NCBI GenBank assembly: GCA_965220965.1
Contig: OZ244852.1
Location: forward strand, 1,024,001-1,088,000
Length of the DNA: 64,000 nucleotides
From: Candidatus Marinacidobacterium sp.
GTDB lineage: Bacteria; Acidobacteriota; Vicinamibacteria; Marinacidobacterales; Marinacidobacteraceae
Direction: 5' to 3'
The position numbers and the translations under genes are program-made. The notes beneath the pieces were generated by a model. It saw only the letters and a program-made list of their open reading frames with translations, made no database searches and was not told where the DNA came from. Below, one piece after another: positions 57,190-64,000 of the stretch; position 1 is the first letter of the stretch; each line of letters begins with the position of its first letter.

Positions 57190-58252
57190 CCGCCGAGCGG
57201 AGCGCCTCCGACCGCTAGCAGTCCGTTGATAAAGTCGCGTGCAGCGCCGAGAGCGGTGAGGCGCCCGGCCGACAAGGCGCGTGAGCGAGGAATATCGGGA
57301 ATATTGCGAGCGAAACGCAACGATGAGCGCCCCGAAGGGGCGTGATTCGGGCGGGGCCAGTCCTCCCGGTGGGGGCCATCGCCGCTCGAACGCCGCGGGA
57401 CTTTGTCAACGGGCTGCTCAAGACCGAGGCGGGGCCGCGGAAGGCTGGACGCTGGTCACCGGCGCCTCCATGGGAATCGGCCTGGAACTGGCGCGGATCG
57501 CCGCCGCGGACGGCCGGAATCTGGTGCTCGTGGCCCGGACGGCTTCGCTCCTCGAAGAGCTCGCCGCCGATCTGCGCAGCGCGCACGGCGTCGAGGTCCG
57601 GTGCCTGCCGGTCGACCTCACCGAGCCCGGGGCGGCCGACCGGATCCATTCGGCGACCGAGGAGGCCGGCATCGAGGTGGACTTCCTGGTGAACAACGCC
57701 GGCGTCGGGTTCAGCGGGGCGTTCCATCAGACGGCCGTGAAGCGACACCGCTTGATGCTCTCGCTGAATCTGGGGGCGCTCGTGGAGCTCTCGTCCCGCT
57801 ATCTGCCGGCCATGGTGGAGCGGGGCGGGGGACGCATCCTGAACGTGGGATCGGCGGCGGGCTTCGTCCCGGGCCTCGGATTCACCACCTACGCCGCGAC
57901 CAAGAGCTTCGTGCTCTATTTCACCGAGGGGCTCCATGCAGAGCTGGGCGGTACCGGGGTCACGGCGAGCGTGCTCGCCCCCGCCACGGTGGCGACCCCG
58001 TTCCTCGACAAGGCGGGCATTCCCGGGGCCCCGCGCTGGCTGCGGTGGTCGGTCGCGGACGCCCGGGCGGTCGCCGAGGCCGGCTATCGCGGAGCGCTGC
58101 GCGGCCGGGTCGTGATCACCCCGGGCTTCGCGTTTCCGGTGGCGATTCTCTCCCGGTTCTTTCCGCGCCGGGCCTGGCGCTGGATCGGGCGGCAGGTGGC
58201 GCGCCGGTTTCTCCGCAACGCTCCGGCCGCTCCCGGAGGGAACGCTTCGTGA
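57187..58252 (+). CDS. Short-chain dehydrogenase/reductase, 5' end interrupted by the repeat (possible pseudogene or restart at GTG 57281/ATG 57323)
   Basis: LVTGASMGIG, LVNNAG, ILNVGS, YAATK; ATG 57187 joins the SDR frame only if 57217-57418 is removed. Confidence 0.8.
57217..57418 (+). mobile_element. 202-bp non-coding structured repeat (MITE-like), copy 2, inserted after codon 10 of the SDR gene
   Basis: Terminal inverted repeats AGCAGTCCGTTGATAAAGTC ... GACTTTGTCAACGGGCTGCT; homologous to 38776-38959 over nearly the full length. Confidence 0.85.
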
Positions 58253-58737
58253 CGTCCGACGCGACGCTCCCGGCCCACCGGCATCTGGACGAGCGCGGGA
58301 TCCCCTGGGAGCGGAAGGTGTTTCCGGCCTCGACCCCCCGGGGAGCGGCGTCGGTGGCGCAGGCGCTCGGCTTCCGCGAGCGTCAGATGGTGAAGACCCT
58401 GATCTTCGAGTCGGGGACCGGAGAGCGCGCCCTCATCGGCGTGGGCGGCGACCAGAACGTCGTCTCCGGGCTGCTCAAGAAGGCGATGGGAAACCGGAAC
58501 ATCCGGCTCGCGTCCCCGGAAGCGGTGATCGCGTTCACCGGCTACCGGATCGGCTCGATCCCGCCGTTCTCCTGGCAGCCCGCCGGCGCGCGCACCTTCC
58601 TGGACGAGGCCCTCATGGAGGAGCCGGTCCTGGGGGTCGGCGCGGGGGTCTGGGGCGAGGAGATCCTGATCACGCCGGCGGACCTGGTGAAGGCCGCGTC
58701 CGCGATCGTGGTGAACCTGACCCGCCGCCCGGCGTAG
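58249..58737 (+). CDS. YbaK/EbsC (ProXp-type) aminoacyl-tRNA editing domain protein
   Basis: QMVKTLIF, LASPE.V...TGYRIGSIPPF, VGAG..G.EI.I.PADL; GTGA overlap. Confidence 0.88.
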   Translation: MTSDATLPAHRHLDERGIPWERKVFPASTPRGAASVAQALGFRERQMVKTLIFESGTGERALIGVGGDQNVVSGLLKKAMGNRNIRLASPEAVIAFTGYRIGSIPPFSWQPAGARTFLDEALMEEPVLGVGAGVWGEEILITPADLVKAASAIVVNLTRRPA

Positions 58738-58757
58738 CGATCCGCTACCGGTCGGCG
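58723..58757. terminator. Hairpin formed across two convergent stop codons
   Basis: Core GTAGCG-ATC-CGCTAC (58734-58748) includes both TAG stops; imperfect GC extension; no U tract. Confidence 0.35.
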
Positions 58758-59860
58758 CCGGCCGCGGTCTCGCGCACCAGGTCCACGATGGCCCCCGGAT
58801 GGGAGACCCGCACCGACGCCCCGGCGGGCAGGCGGATGGGCTCGGCGAACAGGAACCGCTCGTTCCAGTCCGCCTCGAAGCGGCGGATGCGCAGGAGCTC
58901 GGTGATCTCCCCGGACTCGCCGACCGCATCGACGCGGAACACCTCGTCCTGATCGCGTTCGGACGCCGAGGCGCCGAACGGCGGCAGGACGGCGAGCAGC
59001 GAGGCCGGACCGATCTCGGTGGTTCCCGGCTCGAGGACCATCACCTCGACGGCGGCGCCCGCTCCGGCGGGGAACACCGCGACCTCGAGGTCGTCCTCGA
59101 AGGCGTACCCCTCGGTCTCGAAGCCCTTCCGGTAGGTGACCTGGAGATGGAGCCCGGCCCCTTCCGGCAGTCGGTCGAACGTTCCGCCCGGACGAAGGCG
59201 CGGCCCCTGTCCCACGACCCAGGTGAACAGCGGAAGGCCGCTGTCGCAGCCATCGCCGACGAACAGCGCGGCGCGCCGCCGGATCGCATCGGCGCCGCCC
59301 GACCCCGACACCAGCGCGAATCCTCCCGCGGTCTCCGGGACGCCGGGGTCCCGCGCCAGTTCGGCGCAAACGGTGGCTGCGGAGGTCTCTTCGTCGATGA
59401 CGACCGGCTCGGCGAGCCGCAGCCGCGCCTCGGGGAGCGGTGAAGCCGCCGCGGCGTCTTCCGGCATCTCCGCCGGCGCAGGTCCCTCGGGAGCGAGGCC
59501 GATGGCCCAGTCCACCAGCATGTTCGTTTCCCGCTCATCGAGCGTCCGGGCGTGCGCGAAGGCGCCGACCCCGTCCTCGGGCAACCACGGCGGCATCCGG
59601 CCCTCGAGCACCTGACGGGCGATCGAGTTCGCCCACGGGATCGCATCGGCGTACCGCATCAGGTTGACCGGCGCCGGACCCTCGCCGCGGTGGCAGGAAG
59701 CGCAGTGGATCTCCATCAGCGGACGGATGTCCTCCCAGTAGGTGAACTTCGAGAGCTCGGGTTCGTGCGCTTCGGCCTCGGGAAAGAGCCCGGGGGCGAG
59801 CATGGCGGCGGAAATCAGCGCGCCTCCGGCGAGGGCGACGAGAAGCCTCCGGGCGTTCAT
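58745..59860 (-). CDS. Exported c-type cytochrome (CxxCH) fused to a copper type II monooxygenase-like domain
   Basis: Signal peptide; DIRPLMEIHCASCHR...RMPPW...LVDW...APEG; C-terminal LLRIRRFEADWNERFLFAEPIRLPAG. Confidence 0.72.
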   Translation of the reverse strand: MNARRLLVALAGGALISAAMLAPGLFPEAEAHEPELSKFTYWEDIRPLMEIHCASCHRGEGPAPVNLMRYADAIPWANSIARQVLEGRMPPWLPEDGVGAFAHARTLDERETNMLVDWAIGLAPEGPAPAEMPEDAAAASPLPEARLRLAEPVVIDEETSAATVCAELARDPGVPETAGGFALVSGSGGADAIRRRAALFVGDGCDSGLPLFTWVVGQGPRLRPGGTFDRLPEGAGLHLQVTYRKGFETEGYAFEDDLEVAVFPAGAGAAVEVMVLEPGTTEIGPASLLAVLPPFGASASERDQDEVFRVDAVGESGEITELLRIRRFEADWNERFLFAEPIRLPAGASVRVSHPGAIVDLVRETAAGADR

Positions 59861-61047
59861 TCCGGCCCTCCACCGGGTCCGCCGCTCGCCTCCGGCAGGC
59901 CGTCCACCCCCTCGGCGAACACTTCGTAGGCCTCCGCGACCCGCGTGCGGTCCCCCAGATCCCCGTACATGTCGAGCAGCCACGCGCCCTGCACGATGCG
60001 CTTGAGCGCCACCCAGGGGCGGTCTCCGCCGCGCTCGCTGTAGGCCAGCGCGAGGTCCTTGGCCTCCAGCGCCGGGATGAACAGATCCGCCCAGCGTCCC
60101 GCCTGGATCAGCGCCCGGACCCGACGGTCCCGGTCGTGGATCGCCGCGAGGATCTCGTCGCCGGTCTGCGGAATGACGAGTTCGGGAAGCGCGGAGGGCA
60201 GCGTCCGGGCCGCCGGGGTGAGGTCCTCCCCGGCCAGCGCCGCCAGCTCCGCTTCGGAGAGGAAGATGAAGTCGAAGCGGTCCGGCGCCTCCCGTTCGGG
60301 GAACTCCACGAACGCCGTGAAGGCGGAGCGTTCGCCCTCCCGCACGTCCGTTCCCTCGAGGGAGGCTTCGAAGTGCGTCGGCGTCGCGACCAGCGCGAGG
60401 TCGTCGCCCACCGGGTTCCCGTTGTCGTCGCTCCGGCGCACCCGGGCGGCGAACGGCTCGGGAGAGACGGACTCGGTGAAGGCGTCGTAGAAGTAGAGAC
60501 GGAAGCGGCCGTCCTGGATCGCGCCTTCGAGGTGGTGCACGCCATCGGGCGCCATGAAGAGCACTCCGCCGTGGCGCGGGTTGTGGTCCCCGTGGGCCGC
60601 GGCGCGGGTCATCAGCGTCCGCCTCGCGCCGTCCTCGCAGACTCCCGGTTCCTGGTGCTCCCCCGGCGCGTCCTCGCAGATCCACAGGACTTCGCGCGTC
60701 GTGGGAACCAGCGGCTCACCGGTCGCCGGACAGACGCCGGGCGCCTCCTCGACCACGCCGTCGTCCTCCCCGAGGCAGACGTACCGGGTGACGAGGGTCC
60801 GCTGGACCATCCTCATGCCGCAGATCGGACAGTTCGCCTCGTCGTGCGACTGGTTGTCCTGATGCATCGGACAGAGCCAGACGGTGTAGGCGTCCTCCGG
60901 CAGCTCGTGCTCCGGAAGCTCCTGCGCCGCGTATTCATGGGCCGCGTGTTCGTGGGCCGACGCGCCGGAAGCGCCCGCCAGCAGGCACAGGGCGGCGAGG
61001 CCGGTGACGAACCGCGAGCGCGCGGGTTTCATCGCGCGGAAGGGCAT
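59857..61047 (-). CDS. Exported heavy-metal-binding-domain (HMBD) repeat protein
   Basis: WLCPMH...CPICGMRM, then two degenerate repeats (YVC...PGVCPATG; WIC...PGVC) and HGDHNPRHGG...HHLEG; signal peptide; start 61047 or 61032. Confidence 0.8.
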   Translation of the reverse strand: MPFRAMKPARSRFVTGLAALCLLAGASGASAHEHAAHEYAAQELPEHELPEDAYTVWLCPMHQDNQSHDEANCPICGMRMVQRTLVTRYVCLGEDDGVVEEAPGVCPATGEPLVPTTREVLWICEDAPGEHQEPGVCEDGARRTLMTRAAAHGDHNPRHGGVLFMAPDGVHHLEGAIQDGRFRLYFYDAFTESVSPEPFAARVRRSDDNGNPVGDDLALVATPTHFEASLEGTDVREGERSAFTAFVEFPEREAPDRFDFIFLSEAELAALAGEDLTPAARTLPSALPELVIPQTGDEILAAIHDRDRRVRALIQAGRWADLFIPALEAKDLALAYSERGGDRPWVALKRIVQGAWLLDMYGDLGDRTRVAEAYEVFAEGVDGLPEASGGPGGGPE

Positions 61048-61117
61048 GCGCCGTTCTTCAAGAGGCCCCCGTGGACGGCTGCCGTCCACGGGGGCGTGGT
61101 CCGCAAGGGGACCGGGT

Positions 61118-62743
61118 CTACTGCTGGAGCTCGTCGGTCGCCTGGGCGGTGTGCGAGCGAACCTCGTCGAGGAACGCGACATCCGCATCCGCCTCGGTCA
61201 GGAACGTGGCGAGCGTGCTGTAGGCGCGGGCTGCGGCCGCATCGTCGCCGAGCGCCGTGGCGGCGCGGGCGAGGCCCAGCAGCGAGGCCGTGCGGTTCGG
61301 GGTCCGGGTGAGGCTGGTCTCGAACGCCTTCCGGGCCTTGTCGGCCTTGCCGGCGCTCAGCAGGATCTCTCCGTAGAGCTCATGCGAGGGCTTCATCGGG
61401 TAGGTGGGGCCGGACGGCGGATCCTGGGTCTCCTCGATCTTCGCCGCCTTCGCCGCGTGCTCGATCGCCGCGTCCATGTCGCCGGAGGCCTGGGCCGCGA
61501 GCGCCAGGATCTCATGCTCCATGATGCGCACCGAGTCGGCCTGGTACTCCTGACCCTCCTCGGAGCGGGCGGCCGCCAGCTTTCCGAGCAGCTTCGCGGC
61601 GCGCTCCGTGCCGGCGACATCCCCGGCGGCGGCGGCCTTCATCCCGGCCGCCGTCAGCAGGTTGGCGGTCGAGTTGTAGCGGCTGGTGTCCATGTTGTCG
61701 TCAGCCGGAAGCTCGATGGCGTCGAACCGGCCGGTCTCGATGGCGTGGCGAGCGGTCATCGAGGCGGCGATCCGGCGCAGGCGGAGGTCATCCACTTCCT
61801 CGGCCGCCTGCTCGACGACCTCGATGGCGTCCTGCGAGGCGCTGTAGACGCCGCGCTGGAGATCGGCGTAGGCCTTCCACTCGAGGCTGTGGTAGTCGCG
61901 CTTGGTGATCGAGAGGTTCTTCCGCTCGACCCACTTGGCCGAAGCGTCGTAGGCGATCTGGTTCGAACTCGAGACCCGGTTCCACATCCCGTGCTGCACG
62001 AAGATGTGGGAGGGCATGTGCTGCGCGTGGTGCGCTTCGGGGGCGATCTCGGCGTAGCGGTTCGCCGCCTCGAGCGCGAGCGGCGCATGCTCGGGGTCAT
62101 CGAACGAGTGGATCACGTAGTGGGCGGCGCCCGGATGGTTCGGCTCCTCCTGGAAGAGCTTCGAGACGATCGCGCCGGCCTTCATCTGGCGGTGGAAGCC
62201 CGGCTCGCCCCGCCGGACCAGTCCGAGGTAGGACAGCGCGTAGAACGCCTGGGCCTCGTTGTCCTCGGGGTGCGCCTCGGCGAGCCGCCGGAGCGCCTGG
62301 TGGTAGAGCTCGTCCCGCTCGTACTTGTCGCCGGGGCCGTAGAGCACCTCGACGGTGTCCATGTAAAGCCGCTCGCGCTCGGTCGGAGTCTTCGCCCGGC
62401 GCTCGGCGCGGGTCGCGCCGAACTGGCTGAGAACCTCGCGCCCGGCGCTGATGTCCTGCTCGGACCACAGCGGGTGGTTGTGGCTGATGGCCTCGCCCCA
62501 GTAGGCGAGCGCGAAGTCGGGATCGATCTCCCGGGCTTTCCGGAACGCTTCCTCGGCTTCCTCGTACCAGAAGCTGTGGAGAGCGGCGACGCCCCGCTGG
62601 AACGCCTCCTGCGCCTCGGCCTTCCCGGAGTTCGGGAAATGCACGGTTCCGAGCGCCGACTGCGCCGCTGCGCTTCCCGCGAGCGAAAGAGCGACGCCGA
62701 GCGCGAGCGCCGCGACCCGGAATCTACCGGTTGAGAACAACAT
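61118..62743 (-). CDS. Secreted tetratricopeptide repeat protein
   Basis: Signal peptide; GTVHFPNS, FQRGVAALHSFWY..A...F, PNHPGAAHYVIHSFD, HAQHMPSHIF; SD GGGAGG. Confidence 0.85.
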   Translation of the reverse strand: MLFSTGRFRVAALALGVALSLAGSAAAQSALGTVHFPNSGKAEAQEAFQRGVAALHSFWYEEAEEAFRKAREIDPDFALAYWGEAISHNHPLWSEQDISAGREVLSQFGATRAERRAKTPTERERLYMDTVEVLYGPGDKYERDELYHQALRRLAEAHPEDNEAQAFYALSYLGLVRRGEPGFHRQMKAGAIVSKLFQEEPNHPGAAHYVIHSFDDPEHAPLALEAANRYAEIAPEAHHAQHMPSHIFVQHGMWNRVSSSNQIAYDASAKWVERKNLSITKRDYHSLEWKAYADLQRGVYSASQDAIEVVEQAAEEVDDLRLRRIAASMTARHAIETGRFDAIELPADDNMDTSRYNSTANLLTAAGMKAAAAGDVAGTERAAKLLGKLAAARSEEGQEYQADSVRIMEHEILALAAQASGDMDAAIEHAAKAAKIEETQDPPSGPTYPMKPSHELYGEILLSAGKADKARKAFETSLTRTPNRTASLLGLARAATALGDDAAAARAYSTLATFLTEADADVAFLDEVRSHTAQATDELQQ

Positions 62744-62909
62744 GAGAACCTCCCGACGCCAGCATCAGACTCCAGCGTCCCGCACTATTTTACTTCCCGC
62801 TTCTCCGCGCCTTCATCCGGCGGACGCGGCCGGCCCGCCATCCCGGCTCGCGCTCCCCCGGTGGGTAAATTTCGCAGGGAACGACGGCGGCGTTTTCCGG
62901 GTTCTTCCG

Positions 62910-63925
<1,016 letters not shown>

Positions 63926-63929
<4 letters not shown>

Positions 63930-64000
63930 TCCCCTGGCTGGCGGGGCGACGCGCCGGGCCGGAAGCGTCCGCCGCCGGACCGCCCCCGGTATCCACCGAG
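63926..64000 (+). CDS. 5' fragment of next gene (by context possibly DUF58)
   Basis: GTG overlaps the MoxR stop (GTGA) and the frame stays open to the window end; identity from usual moxR gene order only. Confidence 0.35.

Overview
Very GC-rich, gene-dense bacterial chromosomal window with about 50 supportable CDSs. The gene orders (guaA-dnaE-accA-lptC/A-lptB-rpoN-PTS; tolQ-tolR-TonB-like tolA-tolB-pal-cpoB) suggest an Acidobacteriota-like diderm, but this taxonomy is inferred. Most long antisense or off-frame ORFs in the supplied track are GC shadows. I recognised no rRNA, tRNA, CRISPR array, prophage or transposase. Besides those two operons, the window holds a lexA-imuA-imuB-dnaE2 SOS mutagenesis cassette, two transporter plus MmgE/PrpD catabolic units, glpK, ppk1, hydrolases and a heavy-metal-binding/cytochrome c cluster. 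Four signals stand out. (1) Two copies of a 184/202-bp non-coding element (38776-38959 and 57217-57418) have palindromic ends, compensatory base changes and strand-specific G-T pairs. Both lie in the sense orientation of the host transcript at CGCT^(G/C)AA sites. Removing them exactly restores a tight tolQ-tolR junction and an in-frame leaderless SDR gene. (2) A 26-bp palindrome (12-bp perfect arms, core AGAC-N4-GTCT) overlaps the predicted lexA promoter and is a candidate new SOS-box variant. (3) An SSB has two tandem OB folds, as in Deinococcus/Thermus, and follows the tol-pal operon. (4) A cytochrome c/copper-monooxygenase-like protein appears to have lost its copper ligands and is coupled to a multi-HMBD protein.
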